From Gemmatimonadaceae bacterium (lineage in GTDB: Bacteria; Gemmatimonadota; Gemmatimonadetes; Gemmatimonadales; Gemmatimonadaceae), in assembly GCA_045803545.1 (NCBI GenBank), contig JBJMOW010000002.1:460029-524028 (forward strand): a stretch of DNA of 64,000 nucleotides. The letters are read 5' to 3'. Below, piece by piece: positions 1-10,873 of the stretch; positions within the stretch are counted from its first letter, which is position 1; each line of letters opens with the position of its first letter. The translations under genes were made by a program, and so were the position numbers. The notes beneath the pieces were generated by a model. The model was not told the DNA's origin. It did no database searches and saw nothing but the letters and a program-made list of their open reading frames with translations.

Positions 1-543
1 GCCGAGAAGCCGGTGTTCGTCTATCTGGGGCGACTAAAGAGATACAAGCGGGTCGATACCGTGATTCGCGCATTCGCGAGCCTGAATCTCGACGACGCGA
101 CTTTGGAGATCGCCGGCACCGGCGACTATCGAGCACCCCTCGAAGGGCTGGCGCAATCGCTCCATCTGGGCGACAGAGTGAAGTTTCTCGGTTTTGTACC
201 CGAGACTCAGAAGGCGCACCTGCTCCGCCGCGCCTGGGCATCGGTCCTGGCTTCACCCAAAGAAGGGTGGGGGATCAGCAACCTCGAGGCTGCGGCATGC
301 GGAACGCCCGTCATTGCGGCAAATTCTCCTGGTATCCGCGAGTCCGTGATAGATGGCGAGACAGGATTCCTCGTTCCGCAGGATGATCCCGAGGCCATGG
401 CTGCCGCGATGAGAGGTTTGGTGCAGTCTCCCGATCTGGTAAACGTGCTCGGAGCGGCAGGCAGAAGGTTCGCGCAAACATTCACATGGGATCGCTCTGC
501 CAATGAAACACTCGCGCATTTGGAGGAAGTGGTTTCAAAATGA
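1..543 (+). CDS. GT4-family glycosyltransferase, C-terminal part (5' truncated by the window)
   Basis: GRLxxxK and EGWGISNLEAAACGTPVI motifs typical of GT4. Confidence 0.85.
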   Translation, partial: AEKPVFVYLGRLKRYKRVDTVIRAFASLNLDDATLEIAGTGDYRAPLEGLAQSLHLGDRVKFLGFVPETQKAHLLRRAWASVLASPKEGWGISNLEAAACGTPVIAANSPGIRESVIDGETGFLVPQDDPEAMAAAMRGLVQSPDLVNVLGAAGRRFAQTFTWDRSANETLAHLEEVVSK

Positions 544-562
544 TTGACACACGCGCACGCTG

Positions 563-1543
563 ATGCCGCCAGCCAAAGTCACTGTCGGGCAGCTACTCGA
601 CCGGCTGCGCGGCTCACTTCAGTTGGAGGAGCTCGAGCCCGGAACCGGCCACGATCGCTCGGTTGGTAACGCCGAAGTATCCAGTCCCGGACTCGTACTC
701 GCCGGATACGTGAAGCGCTTTTCGGCCCAGCGACTGCAGGTGCTCGGAGAAACAGAGATCACCTACCTCGCGTCACTCAGCCCCTCTGCCCGGCGCGAGA
801 TTCTCGACCTGTTTTTCTCCTTCCCCATTCCCGCCGTTTTCATAACGAAGGGTCAGCGCCTCCCGCTCGGACTGAAAGAGTTCGCCGCCAATGCGGGCGT
901 TCCGCTCATTCGCACCAAGCTCAAGACCGCGGAGTTTTACCGGCGCATCAAGCCCGTGCTGGAAATGGAGTTTGCGCCGACTGTCTCTCTCCATGGATCC
1001 CTCGCCGACGTTTTTGGCGTCGGACTTTTCTTTACGGGGAAAAGCGGGATCGGAAAGTCGGAGTGCGTTCTCGATCTGGTCGAGCGCGGCCACCGCCTGG
1101 TGGCGGACGATCTTGTCGTCACCAGCAAGCGCGGCAACGACGTTTTGATCGGGCGCGGTCACGAGATGCAGCGTCACTACATGGAGATCCGTGGCGTCGG
1201 ACTCATCGATATTCCAGCCATTTTCGGGATTCGGGCTGTGCGTCAGCAGAAGCGGCTCGAAGTAGTCGTACAGCTCGAGGAATGGGATCAACATGCAGTC
1301 GTTGATCGAACGGGCCTCGATGTCGAGACTGCCAGCATTCTGGATGTAGACCTGCCGAAAATCACGGTGTTCCTGAATCCGGGTAAGAACATCACGGTGA
1401 TCGCCGAGGTAATCGCGCTGAATCACCTCCTCCGCTATTCAGGCATTAACGCTGCGGAGCAATTCAACGAGCGCCTCATGCGGCGGATGGAGCGGGCAGC
1501 GGCGTCCAACATTAAGGAATACCTACAGGAAGATCATGAGTGA
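563..1543 (+). CDS. hprK: HPr(Ser) kinase/phosphorylase
   Basis: Walker A GKSGIGKSE, LVADD and MEIRGVGLI signatures; adjacent to PTS genes. Confidence 0.95.
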   Translation: MPPAKVTVGQLLDRLRGSLQLEELEPGTGHDRSVGNAEVSSPGLVLAGYVKRFSAQRLQVLGETEITYLASLSPSARREILDLFFSFPIPAVFITKGQRLPLGLKEFAANAGVPLIRTKLKTAEFYRRIKPVLEMEFAPTVSLHGSLADVFGVGLFFTGKSGIGKSECVLDLVERGHRLVADDLVVTSKRGNDVLIGRGHEMQRHYMEIRGVGLIDIPAIFGIRAVRQQKRLEVVVQLEEWDQHAVVDRTGLDVETASILDVDLPKITVFLNPGKNITVIAEVIALNHLLRYSGINAAEQFNERLMRRMERAAASNIKEYLQEDHE

Positions 1544-1940
1544 GATGAAGGAAGGCGAGGCAGAGCAACCGCGCGCGGTCGTAATCGGACACGGCGAATT
1601 CGCCGCCGGGCTTGTGTCGGCCGTCGGGCAGATCTGCGGAATGGGCGACAAGCTGGTTGTGCTATCGATGATGGGCATGACGCCGGAGGAAATTGAGTCG
1701 ACCATCCGCGAGCAGCTCGATCGCACCGGAGCGCGCGTGATATTCACCGATTTGCCAGCCGGGAGCGCAACTATCGCAGCCCGTCGCATCGTGAAAGATG
1801 AGCCGGGAATCGTTCTCGTCAGCGGCGTAAACCTGGCGACACTTCTCGATTTCGTATTCAACAATACGGTCTCACCGACAGAAGCGGCGCGGACGGCCGC
1901 CGAGCGAGGGAAAGCTTCCCTGATCGTGGTCGGTCGCTGA
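1536..1940 (+). CDS. PTS mannose/fructose-family EIIA
   Basis: VIGHGEFA (phospho-His), TDLPAGS, SGVNL. Confidence 0.85.
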   Translation: MSEMKEGEAEQPRAVVIGHGEFAAGLVSAVGQICGMGDKLVVLSMMGMTPEEIESTIREQLDRTGARVIFTDLPAGSATIAARRIVKDEPGIVLVSGVNLATLLDFVFNNTVSPTEAARTAAERGKASLIVVGR

Positions 1941-2428
1941 TGGCGATCCAGCTCTACCGAATCGATGACCGTCTGATTCACGGACAGGTCGTCGTCGGTT
2001 GGGGCCAGCCGCTTAACATCCGTTTTCTCGTGCTCGTCGACGATCTGGTGGCGTCGAGCGACTGGGAACAGGATCTCTACCGGATGGCAGTGCCGCCGGA
2101 GATGGAGATCATTTTCAATGATGTCGGAACCGCCATCCGCGAACACTCACGATACGCAACCGATCCACGCCCCGGGCTGCTCATCACAGGCGACATCGCC
2201 GGCATGTACCGGCTGGCAAAAGGGGTAAAGGCAATCGGCAACGTCAATCTCGGCGGCATCCATCATCGTGCTGGCCGCAATGAGAAGCTCCGCTACGTGT
2301 ATCTCACTCCGGACGAGGAAACGCAGCTGCGGGATCTCGAGGCGGCAGGCGTCGAGGTCACAGCCCAGGATGTGCCCTCATCGCGACCGGTGCCGCTGGT
2401 TGAAGTTCTGGAGGGGGCGACGCGATGA
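1940..2428 (+). CDS. PTS mannose/sorbose-family EIIB
   Basis: RIDDRLIHGQV, VNLGG. Confidence 0.92.
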   Translation: MAIQLYRIDDRLIHGQVVVGWGQPLNIRFLVLVDDLVASSDWEQDLYRMAVPPEMEIIFNDVGTAIREHSRYATDPRPGLLITGDIAGMYRLAKGVKAIGNVNLGGIHHRAGRNEKLRYVYLTPDEETQLRDLEAAGVEVTAQDVPSSRPVPLVEVLEGATR

Positions 2429-3108
2429 CATTGCTCGAAACGCTCCCACTTGCGCTGCTCGGCGGACTGTTCGGACTCGACGTCGTCAGTTTCCCGCAGA
2501 TAATGATCTCGCGACCGATCGTCGCGGCCACAGCGGCGGGCGCGTTCATCGGCAATCCACCAGCGGGACTACTCATTGGAGTTGTCCTCGAGATGATCGC
2601 GCTGGACACGTTGCCGTTCGGTGCCGCCCGATATCCGGAGTGGGGATCAGCAGGCGTCGTTGGAGGCGCGCTGTTCGCCTCTCAGCCCGCTGGCATGCCG
2701 GGCGCGCTCCCCGCGTCCGTTCTCGCAGCCTTGCTCACCGCCAGCATCAGTGGTTGGAGCATGGTGGTGCTGCGGCGGTTGATCGCTTGGCGTCTTGAGC
2801 ACCTCCGAGATCAGCTGGAGGAAGGATCACGCTACGCGCTGATGTCATTCCACCTGTCCGGCATGACCATGGATTTGTTGCGCGCTGCGTTGGTTACGAC
2901 GCTCGCGATGGTGATATTCGCGCCGATCGTGAAAGCAATCGTGGCTGTCTGGGGCAGTGAATCGGCAACTTCACGCGCGGTGGTGGTGGTTGTGGTCGCA
3001 ATCGTTGCCGGCGCCGCGCTTTGGAAGGTGTTCCACTCGGTGCGCTACGTACTGTGGTTTCTCCTGGCCGGCCTCATAGCGTGGACCTTTATCCTGGTGA
3101 CGCGATGA
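2425..3108 (+). CDS. PTS mannose-family EIIC
   Basis: Hydrophobic; SRPIV and GLLIGVVLE motifs; operon position. Confidence 0.85.
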   Translation: MTLLETLPLALLGGLFGLDVVSFPQIMISRPIVAATAAGAFIGNPPAGLLIGVVLEMIALDTLPFGAARYPEWGSAGVVGGALFASQPAGMPGALPASVLAALLTASISGWSMVVLRRLIAWRLEHLRDQLEEGSRYALMSFHLSGMTMDLLRAALVTTLAMVIFAPIVKAIVAVWGSESATSRAVVVVVVAIVAGAALWKVFHSVRYVLWFLLAGLIAWTFILVTR

Positions 3109-3875
3109 CCGCGCAGGTCGAGTCGACTTTCGCGCTACCGCTGCGCATCAAGGCGGCGATGTTCTTTCGCCTGCTCGCGCTACAGGGCTCGTGGAATTAT
3201 GAGACACTCAACGGGACCGGGCTTGGCTTCGCGATGGAGCCGGCATTGACCAGACTTCCCGGTGGCCGCGACGGACCGGCGTATCGCGCCGCTCTGGCGC
3301 GCCAGTCGCGCTACTTCAACACGCACCCATACCTGGCTGGCGTGGCGGTTGGGGCACTCTCCCGCGCCGAGCTCGAGGGAGTGGACCCGACTCGCATTGA
3401 GCGCTTCCGAACCGCGCTGCCCGGGCCGCTTGGAAGTGTGGGTGACCGCCTGGTCTGGGCCAGCTGGCTGCCATTGTGCTCGCTGGTGGCGTTAGGGGTG
3501 TACGGCGTGGGCGGGTCGCCTTTGGCAGTCGTTGGTACATTTCTGTTGCTGTACAACGCCGGCCATTTCGCGCTCAGGGCATGGGCACTTCACGTCGGAC
3601 TTTCTCGGGGTCTCAACGTCGCAACAGCGCTGGGGAATCCGGTGCTGCGCCGCGGGCCCCAGTACATCGCGTGCGCAGCTGCGCTGGTTGCCGGCATTGC
3701 GTTGCCGTTGGCGCTCCAGCGCATAACTGGTCCGGGACGGGCGCTGGCGGGCGGTATTGTCGCGGCATCGCTCATTGGAATTCTGATTCTGGCCGGATTG
3801 CGAGAGCGCGCCGAGGGTTGGCGCATTGCACTCGGCGTATTGGCGGTTTTCGTTCTCTACTCGGTGCTGACCTAA
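3105..3875 (+). CDS. PTS mannose-family EIID
   Basis: QGSWNYE, YFNTHPY, GPLGSVGD; ATG at 3105 overlaps the EIIC stop. Confidence 0.9.
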   Translation: MTAQVESTFALPLRIKAAMFFRLLALQGSWNYETLNGTGLGFAMEPALTRLPGGRDGPAYRAALARQSRYFNTHPYLAGVAVGALSRAELEGVDPTRIERFRTALPGPLGSVGDRLVWASWLPLCSLVALGVYGVGGSPLAVVGTFLLLYNAGHFALRAWALHVGLSRGLNVATALGNPVLRRGPQYIACAAALVAGIALPLALQRITGPGRALAGGIVAASLIGILILAGLRERAEGWRIALGVLAVFVLYSVLT

Positions 3876-4141
3876 TGCCAGAGCGCGAAGTAAAGATCGT
3901 CAACAAGCTGGGGATTCACGCGCGGCCCGCCGCGGAAATCGTGAAAACCGCCGGGAAGTTCCGCAGCAACATCACCATCGTGCGCGACGATCTCGAAGTC
4001 AACGCAAAAAGCATTATGGGGGTGATGATGCTTGCCGCCGAGTTTGGCGCGACGATAGTGCTGCGCGCCGTCGGTGAAGATGCCGAAGCTGCGCTCGATG
4101 CGCTGTCGACTGTGATCGCCAACAAGTTCGGGGAGAGCTAG
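3875..4141 (+). CDS. ptsH: Phosphocarrier protein HPr
   Basis: GIHARPAA and AKSIMGVM motifs; true start is ATG 3875 inside the longer ORF call. Confidence 0.95.
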   Translation: MPEREVKIVNKLGIHARPAAEIVKTAGKFRSNITIVRDDLEVNAKSIMGVMMLAAEFGATIVLRAVGEDAEAALDALSTVIANKFGES

Positions 4142-5967
4142 TGGCCAAAGGGATCGCCGGAATGCCGGCGTCGCCGGGAATCGTGGACGGCCAGGTGCAC
4201 CTGCTGCGCTGGGAAGTTCCCGATGTCCGGCATCGCATCATCAGCGACGAGGCGATCCCTGGTGAGCTAAAGCGCTTTCACGCTGCGCTGGAAAAGGCTC
4301 GCGAGAGATTGCGGCAGATCCGCGCACGGGCCGAGAAGCATGCCGGTCCAGACGAGGCGGCGATTTTCGACGTCCAGATCTCCATCCTCGAGGACGGCGA
4401 GCTCGTTCGGCAGGTCGAGGAGCTCATTCATCAGAACCTTGGCGCTGAAAAAGCTTTCGACCTGGTGATGTTCGAATGGCGCCAGCAGTTCGCGCACCAC
4501 GCGCGCCCGCTGGTGCGCGAAAGAGTCGGGGATTTGATCGACGTCCACATTCGCGTCCTGTCGATACTCCTCGGGCTGCCGGATCACGATCCGGTCGATT
4601 TGCCAAAGGGGTCGAACAAGATTCTCGTTACACACGATCTGACCCCGAGCCTGACGGTGCAGCTCGATCGCGAGGCGATCGTCGGCATCGCCACCGATGC
4701 AGGCACTCGCACGTCTCACGTGGCAATTCTCGCGCGGTCACTTGGTCTGCCGGCGGTGGTTGGATTGCGCAATGCGACCGAGCAATTGACAGGCAGTGAG
4801 CACGTGATTCTCGACGGCACTTCGGGTGTTCTCGTCGTCAATCCAACGCCCAGTCAGATCAAGAAATACCGTGAGCGTCGTGCCGTCGAAGCGCTGGAGG
4901 ACAAAGAGCTGCAGGCGCTGGCCGCAGCCGAGTCGGTCACCCTCGATGGTCACTGGGTGACGCTGCGCGCAAATGTCGATTTGCCCGAGGAAGCAGAGTT
5001 TGCAGCACACAGCGGCGCCGAGGGAGTCGGACTCATGCGGACCGAATTCCTCGTTGTCGGCAGGGCAACGATGCCCGACGAGGAAGAGCAGTACCGCGCC
5101 TATCGCCACGTGGTCGAGGCGTTCGGAGGGCGCCCAGTGGTCATTCGAACCTTCGACGTGGGCGGCGACAAGCTGCCGGTCGGAGGCTATCCGACTGATC
5201 CAAATCCATTCCTCGGCTGGCGCGCAATCAGGATGTGCCTCGACGAGCCCGAGCTGTTCAAAACCCAGCTGCGCGCGTTGCTGCGCGCGGCGATGCACGG
5301 CGACGTCAGAATCATGTTCCCGCTCGTGATCACGCTGGATGAGGTAAAGCAGGCGAAGCATCTGCTCAACGAAGCCGCGCGTGAGCTCGACGCCAGGGGC
5401 GTCCAATATCGCCATGACCTGCCGCTCGGCGTGATGGTTGAAACGCCGGCCGCGGCGATTTCCGTGCACACCCTCGTCGATGATGTTTCCTTCTTCAGCA
5501 TCGGCACCAACGATCTGGTGCAATACACGCTGGCAGTCGATCGCGGGAGCGCCAACCTCGCCTCGCGCTTCACGCCGTTGCACCCTGCAGTGCTGACGCT
5601 GATCAAGCGCATCGTCGACGTCGGCGTTGCTCACCGCCTCGAAGTCGCGGTGTGCGGCGAGATGGCTTCCCAGCCGTTGATGGCCTTCGCGCTGATCGGA
5701 CTTGGCGTTCGCTCGCTTAGTGTCGCCGGGCGCGCCGTCCCGCTCGTTAAGCGAATCGTCCGCGGCGTCAGCGTCGGCGTCGCGGCCGAGGCGGCCAGCG
5801 CCGCGCTCGAGTCCCGTACCGCTCGCGAGGCGGAGGGCGAGCTCCGTCGCCGGCTAATGAGCGCATTCGGAGACGCCTCATTCCTGCGTGCCGGGTTGCC
5901 CGACGTCGTCGACGGGAATATCTTCGAAAGCTCCGGTGGAATGAAAACATCCTCGGCGCGGGAATAG
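4141..5967 (+). CDS. ptsI: PTS enzyme I (PEP-protein phosphotransferase)
   Basis: TSHVAILARS, GLMRTEF, NPFLGWRAIR, SIGTNDL, VCGE. Confidence 0.95.
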   Translation: MAKGIAGMPASPGIVDGQVHLLRWEVPDVRHRIISDEAIPGELKRFHAALEKARERLRQIRARAEKHAGPDEAAIFDVQISILEDGELVRQVEELIHQNLGAEKAFDLVMFEWRQQFAHHARPLVRERVGDLIDVHIRVLSILLGLPDHDPVDLPKGSNKILVTHDLTPSLTVQLDREAIVGIATDAGTRTSHVAILARSLGLPAVVGLRNATEQLTGSEHVILDGTSGVLVVNPTPSQIKKYRERRAVEALEDKELQALAAAESVTLDGHWVTLRANVDLPEEAEFAAHSGAEGVGLMRTEFLVVGRATMPDEEEQYRAYRHVVEAFGGRPVVIRTFDVGGDKLPVGGYPTDPNPFLGWRAIRMCLDEPELFKTQLRALLRAAMHGDVRIMFPLVITLDEVKQAKHLLNEAARELDARGVQYRHDLPLGVMVETPAAAISVHTLVDDVSFFSIGTNDLVQYTLAVDRGSANLASRFTPLHPAVLTLIKRIVDVGVAHRLEVAVCGEMASQPLMAFALIGLGVRSLSVAGRAVPLVKRIVRGVSVGVAAEAASAALESRTAREAEGELRRRLMSAFGDASFLRAGLPDVVDGNIFESSGGMKTSSARE

Positions 5968-6021
5968 TACGGCCCGACGACCGTTGCCACCGATCATCCT
6001 CAGTTCGCTAAAAGGAACTTC

Positions 6022-7188
6022 GTGCTCGATCGACATCTATTCACCTCGGAGTCCGTTACCGAGGGCCATCCGGACAAGGTCGCTGACGCGATCTCCGATG
6101 CCATCCTCGATGCCATCCTCAGAGACGATCCCGCTGCTCGCGTAGCCTGCGAAACGCTTGTCACTACAGGCCTCGCCTGCGTTGCCGGTGAGATCACTAC
6201 CAAAACGTACGTCAACGTGCCGGAGATCGTCCGCTCGACGATCCATCGCATCGGCTACAACGATGCCGGTTACGGATTCGACTCTAAGACGTGCGCAGTA
6301 ATCAGCACCATCGACAAGCAGTCGCCCGACATCGCGCAGGGAGTGGACACCGGTGGCGCCGGCGACCAGGGCATGATGTTCGGTTACGCGACCGATGAGA
6401 CGCCCGAGCTGATGCCAATGCCAATTCAGATCGCACATCGCCTCACCGAGCGTCTCGCGGAGTTTCGACGCTCAAAGGACGGGGGCTGGGTGCGGCCCGA
6501 TGGGAAGGCACAGGTCACTGTTCTTTACGAAGATGCATTGCCCGTTGGTGTCGAAACGGTCGTTGTCTCGACCCAGCACGCTGAAGACATCTCGACCAAG
6601 AAGATCCGCGAGGCGGTAATTGCGGAAGTCATCGAGCCGGTGATCCCGAAAGAACTGCGCGACAAGAACGTCAAATACCACATCAATCCGACGGGGCGCT
6701 TCGTAATCGGCGGGCCTCAGGGCGACGCGGGTTTGACTGGCCGCAAGATCATCGTCGACACTTACGGCGGTATGGCCCGTCACGGCGGTGGCGCGTTCAG
6801 CGGCAAAGATCCATCGAAGGTCGATCGCTCGGCGTGCTACGCTGCGCGGTGGGTGGCGAAGAACATCGTCGGCGCCAAGCTCGCCCGACGGTGCGAGGTT
6901 CAGGTCGCGTACGCTATCGGCGTCGCCGAGCCTGTTTCTGTGAACGTCGACACTTTCGGCACTAATACAGTGCCGGAGACTGCAATCATGAAGGCGATCA
7001 AGAAGGTTTTCAATCTGACGCCTAAGGGGATCATCGAAGCGCTCGATCTCCGCAAACCGATCTACAGCCCGACGTCGGCATATGGGCATTTCGGCAGAGA
7101 ACCGAAGAAGAACGGCAAGGGAACGCTGTTCACCTGGGAACGCCTCGATCGCGTGTCGGACCTCAAGAAAGCCGTCGAAACACGGTAA
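6022..7188 (+). CDS. metK: S-adenosylmethionine synthetase
   Basis: [28 protein letters not shown]. Confidence 0.98.
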   Translation: MLDRHLFTSESVTEGHPDKVADAISDAILDAILRDDPAARVACETLVTTGLACVAGEITTKTYVNVPEIVRSTIHRIGYNDAGYGFDSKTCAVISTIDKQSPDIAQGVDTGGAGDQGMMFGYATDETPELMPMPIQIAHRLTERLAEFRRSKDGGWVRPDGKAQVTVLYEDALPVGVETVVVSTQHAEDISTKKIREAVIAEVIEPVIPKELRDKNVKYHINPTGRFVIGGPQGDAGLTGRKIIVDTYGGMARHGGGAFSGKDPSKVDRSACYAARWVAKNIVGAKLARRCEVQVAYAIGVAEPVSVNVDTFGTNTVPETAIMKAIKKVFNLTPKGIIEALDLRKPIYSPTSAYGHFGREPKKNGKGTLFTWERLDRVSDLKKAVETR

Positions 7189-7211
7189 CGAGGCGTAGCC
7201 GAGAGTGTATT

Positions 7212-7244
7212 AAAGCTGACCGCCGAAACCGCGGTCAGCTTTTC
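7212..7244 (+). terminator. Intrinsic terminator after metK
   Basis: AAAGCTGACCGC-loop-GCGGTCAGCTTTT hairpin with T tail. Confidence 0.75.
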
Positions 7245-7275
7245 TACTTTCGGGGCACAACGTTATCTTGTCTTC

Positions 7276-7791
7276 ATGCAGCTAGTCGAAGTCGAAGTGA
7301 TGCGGCTCGGCCTTGACCGGTCGACCAACTCCTACGTTGTCATCCTGCAGGAGAAGGGTGGCGCGAGACTGCTGCCAATCTGGATCGGCCAGCCCGAGGC
7401 AGAGTCGATCGTCATCGAGATGAACAAGCTCAAACGAGAGCGACCCCTCACCCACGATCTTTGCAAGAACCTCATCATCGGCATGGGCGGGAAGCTGCGC
7501 CGCGTGAACATCACCAAAGTCGAGAATCGGACTTTCTACGCAGAGCTTCACATCGCGCGTGACTCTGGGGCGGTTCACATCGACGCCCGCCCGTCTGACA
7601 GCATCGCGATTGCTCTCAGATTCGAGGCGCCGATCTTTGCGCAGGAAAGTCTTCTCACTGCGCTCCTCCTCGAAGACGGCCAGACCACACCCGAAACTCT
7701 CGCGGAGCCGTCGGACGAGATGTCAGCGGAGCAGCTGAAGGAATACCTCGAGAACCTGCGTCCGGAAGACTTTGGGAAGTTCAACATGTAG
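7276..7791 (+). CDS. Bifunctional nuclease (DUF151) family protein
   Basis: LPIWIG, RPLTHDL, IDARPSDSIAIA. Confidence 0.9.
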   Translation: MQLVEVEVMRLGLDRSTNSYVVILQEKGGARLLPIWIGQPEAESIVIEMNKLKRERPLTHDLCKNLIIGMGGKLRRVNITKVENRTFYAELHIARDSGAVHIDARPSDSIAIALRFEAPIFAQESLLTALLLEDGQTTPETLAEPSDEMSAEQLKEYLENLRPEDFGKFNM

Positions 7792-8734
7792 TCTCGCGGG
7801 CCTGCTGTTGTTGTTGCAGGTCGCGCTCCCTTCAGCTCCGCAACAAGTCTCCGGGCGAATCGTTCGTCCCGGATCGAAGCACATGGATCCAGTCAGCGGG
7901 GCGTGGGTCGTCCTGCACCGGGTCGGTCCCGATCGCGCCGGCCCGCTCGACTCCGTTCAATCAGATGCGCGTGGACGGTACTCGTTCAACTACACGCGTA
8001 CCGGCAGCGAGGACGCTGTGTATTTCGTGTCGGCGTTTTACGACGGCATCGCTTACTTCACACCACCATTGACCGAAGGCAAAGTCAGCGGCGACGATGG
8101 AGAGATCTCCGTGTTCGATACCACGTCAGGTCACGTACCACTGAGTCTTCGCGGGCATCACGTTGTCGTCTCCGCCGCTGATGCCAATGCGCACCGATCG
8201 ATCGTCGAAGTCTACGATCTTTCGAATGATTCTTCGGTGACGAGAGTGGCGGCGGGCGACAGTCCAGCAGCTGCAACGTGGTCAACGCACATCGCTCCCG
8301 CGGCGACTGACTTCAAAGTCGGGCAGGGAGACATCTCCGGACAGGCTGTGTCGTTCAAGGACGGAGTTGTTAGCGTCTTCGCGCCACTCGCCCCCGGTAT
8401 CAAACAGCTTTCTTTCTCTTACTCACTTCCCGCGAGCTCATTTCCGTTGAAGCTCCCGCTCGAGAAAGAGACCGGCGTTTACGAGATAATGATCGAAGAC
8501 AAAACCGGAGAGGTCAGCGGGCCACACCTACGCGAAGTGGATCCAGTTACTGTCGATGAGCGGAATTACAGACGATTCCTAGCCAGCGACATGCCTGAGA
8601 ACTCTGTTGCAGTGATCGATCTTCCTGCTCCGCCGTCGACCCGCACGGTCGATCCGCGTTATCTGCTGGCAATAACTCTTGTCATCGGCGCGTCGATGGT
8701 CGTCGCGCTTGCGCAGGCGTTGCGACGTAGATAG
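7772..8734 (+). CDS. Exported/membrane-anchored hypothetical protein (start uncertain)
   Basis: Hydrophobic N-terminus, beta-rich body, C-terminal TM helix followed by RRR. Confidence 0.6.
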   Translation: MGSSTCSLAGLLLLLQVALPSAPQQVSGRIVRPGSKHMDPVSGAWVVLHRVGPDRAGPLDSVQSDARGRYSFNYTRTGSEDAVYFVSAFYDGIAYFTPPLTEGKVSGDDGEISVFDTTSGHVPLSLRGHHVVVSAADANAHRSIVEVYDLSNDSSVTRVAAGDSPAAATWSTHIAPAATDFKVGQGDISGQAVSFKDGVVSVFAPLAPGIKQLSFSYSLPASSFPLKLPLEKETGVYEIMIEDKTGEVSGPHLREVDPVTVDERNYRRFLASDMPENSVAVIDLPAPPSTRTVDPRYLLAITLVIGASMVVALAQALRRR

Positions 8735-8744
8735 CTTCGCCATC

Positions 8745-8895
8745 ACAATCGATCGCGGACGGAAGCCACGGAAACCGGTTTGATGCCGGTGCGGCCCCGC
8801 CACTGTATCGGGCAGTTGAACGCCTACTCGTTGACACCACTGGCTGATTCGCAGCTGGGAAGGTGAGTGAGGCGGCCCGGAGCCAGGAGACGACT
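8745..8895 (+). ncRNA. Cobalamin riboswitch (boundaries approximate)
   Basis: Conserved blocks GGAAACCGGT..GCCGGTGCGGCCCCGCCACTGT, CCACTGG..GGGAAGG and GAGCCAGGAGAC, directly upstream of btu-like genes. Confidence 0.9.
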
Positions 8896-8960
8896 TTCGT
8901 CCGCGCCACGTTGCAGAACCTCGGGGGAGGTCCTGGTGGCGGTCAGGCGTCTTATGGCGC

Positions 8961-9887
8961 GTGCTCGTTGCGGGCATTCCTCTGGGAGGAGTGTCCGTTT
9001 TGTTTTTTCGCGCTCGCTACATCTCGATCCTGATCGCAGTTGCCACGCTCGCGGCTTGCCAGCGCAGTGAAACGCGCTCGTCACTGCTTCGCGATGATTT
9101 CGGCAACGCGATTCATATCCCTGCTGCCTCTCCATCGCGCATCGTCTCGCTCAATCCAGCGACCACCGAGACGTTCTTTGCGCTCGGTGCAGGGAATCGC
9201 CTGATCGGCCGAACGCAATTCGATTTGTGGCCTGACTCGGCCCGGTTCGTCCCCGACCTCGGCAACGGCATCAACCCGAACGTCGAAGCAATTCTCGGTG
9301 CGCGTCCTGATCTCGTCGTTCTTTACGCCAGCGAAGACAATCGAGCTGCGGCCACTCGGCTCATTGCGAGTGGTGTCAATACGGTTTCTCTCAAGAACGA
9401 CCACATCTCCGACTTCGCGCGAACGACCATGCTGCTCGGCGCGATTCTGCACGACACTGCGCGTGCGGTCACTGTGCGTGATTCTGTGGAGCGTACGCTG
9501 CGCGGTGTCGAGGCAAAGACCCGCGCTGTCACCAGACCGACGGTTTTCTGGCACATCTGGGACGCGCCGCTGATCACTGTTGGGAGCGGCAGTTTCATGG
9601 ACGAGCTAGTGAACATCGCCGGCGCAACCAACGCCTACCGCGACATCCATGGCCCCTCGGGTGAAATCACGCTCGAGGATGTCGCGAAAAGAAATCCGGA
9701 CTTCATTCTCGCCGGGCCGATTGGAGCGCACGCCATCGAGTCGGATCCGCGCTGGAAAATCGTTCGAGCCGCGCGCAATGGGAAAATCCTGGTCGTGGAT
9801 ACGACGCTCGTCGCGCGGCCTGCCGTGCGGTTGGGAGAGGCAGCTGTGTCGCTCGCCAGACTCATTCATCCGGACGTGATGAAGTGA
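8961..9887 (+). CDS. btuF: Cobalamin ABC transporter substrate-binding lipoprotein (BtuF-like)
   Basis: Lipobox LAAC, RIVSLNPATTE, PNVEAIL; riboswitch upstream; start uncertain. Confidence 0.8.
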   Translation: MLVAGIPLGGVSVLFFRARYISILIAVATLAACQRSETRSSLLRDDFGNAIHIPAASPSRIVSLNPATTETFFALGAGNRLIGRTQFDLWPDSARFVPDLGNGINPNVEAILGARPDLVVLYASEDNRAAATRLIASGVNTVSLKNDHISDFARTTMLLGAILHDTARAVTVRDSVERTLRGVEAKTRAVTRPTVFWHIWDAPLITVGSGSFMDELVNIAGATNAYRDIHGPSGEITLEDVAKRNPDFILAGPIGAHAIESDPRWKIVRAARNGKILVVDTTLVARPAVRLGEAAVSLARLIHPDVMK

Positions 9888-10873
9888 GGACTTTCCGCTC
9901 CTCGTACTGGGTTGTGCTCGCGATCGTGCTGATCGCGGTGGCGATGATTGCGATCGCCAACGGACCGGTGTCGGTCCCTATCCTCTCCGTATTGGATGCG
10001 CTGCGCAGCCAGGGGGACCCGACGGCGATCGCTATTGTGCGCGACCTTCGGTTACCGCGCGTCATCCTCGGCGCACTTGTGGGAGCGGGTCTCGGAGCGA
10101 GTGGCGCGATGTTGCAGGGCACGCTGCGCAATCCGTTGGCCGAGCCGTACCTGCTTGGTGTCTCCGGCGGGGCAGCCGTCGGCGCAGTGATGGCATTTGC
10201 ACTCGGCGCTACGGGCGAAGCCGTGATCACTCTCGCTGCATTTGCGGGAAGCGTCGTCGCTGTCTTTGTCACGCTGGCCGTAGGTCGCACGGGAGGACGC
10301 GCCACTCGCAGTGATTTGCGCACGCTGTTGATCGCGGGCGTGATCGTCGGCGCGTTCGCGAATGCAGTCATCATGGTGGCGCTGGCCAGCGCTGAACCCA
10401 ATCGAATTCGAGGCGCGTTGTGGTGGATGATGGGGTCTGCTACCGACGCGACGTGGTCGCGCGTCGCGTGGCTCGCCGCGAGCGTGTTGATCGTCGGCGG
10501 TGCAGTCGTGTACTGGGCTCGGGAAATCGACGTGCTCGCGCTTGGCGAAGACACCGCTGTTTCACTTGGCGTCGACGGCGAGCGCGCCGGACGGCGGGCG
10601 TTCATTCTGGCCGCAATTCTCGCTGCTGCAACGGTTGCGGCGGCGGGCCTGGTGGGATTTGTCGGGCTCGTGGTTCCTCACATTGCGCGAGCGATGGGCT
10701 TGAGAGCACACCGGCCGCTGATCGTCGCAGCGGGTTTGATTGGCGGCACGCTCGTGGTCGCCGCTGATCTGGCGGCGCGGACCCTTGCGTCGCCGATTGA
10801 ATTGCCTCTCGGCGCAATAACAGCGCTTCTCGGCGTTCCGTTCTTCCTCGTCCAGCTACGAAGGGCTGCATGA
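9884..10873 (+). CDS. btuC: FecCD/BtuC-family ABC permease
   Basis: LRLPR, RNPLAEPYLLGVSGGA, GFVGLVVPH. Confidence 0.85.
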   Translation: MRTFRSSYWVVLAIVLIAVAMIAIANGPVSVPILSVLDALRSQGDPTAIAIVRDLRLPRVILGALVGAGLGASGAMLQGTLRNPLAEPYLLGVSGGAAVGAVMAFALGATGEAVITLAAFAGSVVAVFVTLAVGRTGGRATRSDLRTLLIAGVIVGAFANAVIMVALASAEPNRIRGALWWMMGSATDATWSRVAWLAASVLIVGGAVVYWAREIDVLALGEDTAVSLGVDGERAGRRAFILAAILAAATVAAAGLVGFVGLVVPHIARAMGLRAHRPLIVAAGLIGGTLVVAADLAARTLASPIELPLGAITALLGVPFFLVQLRRAA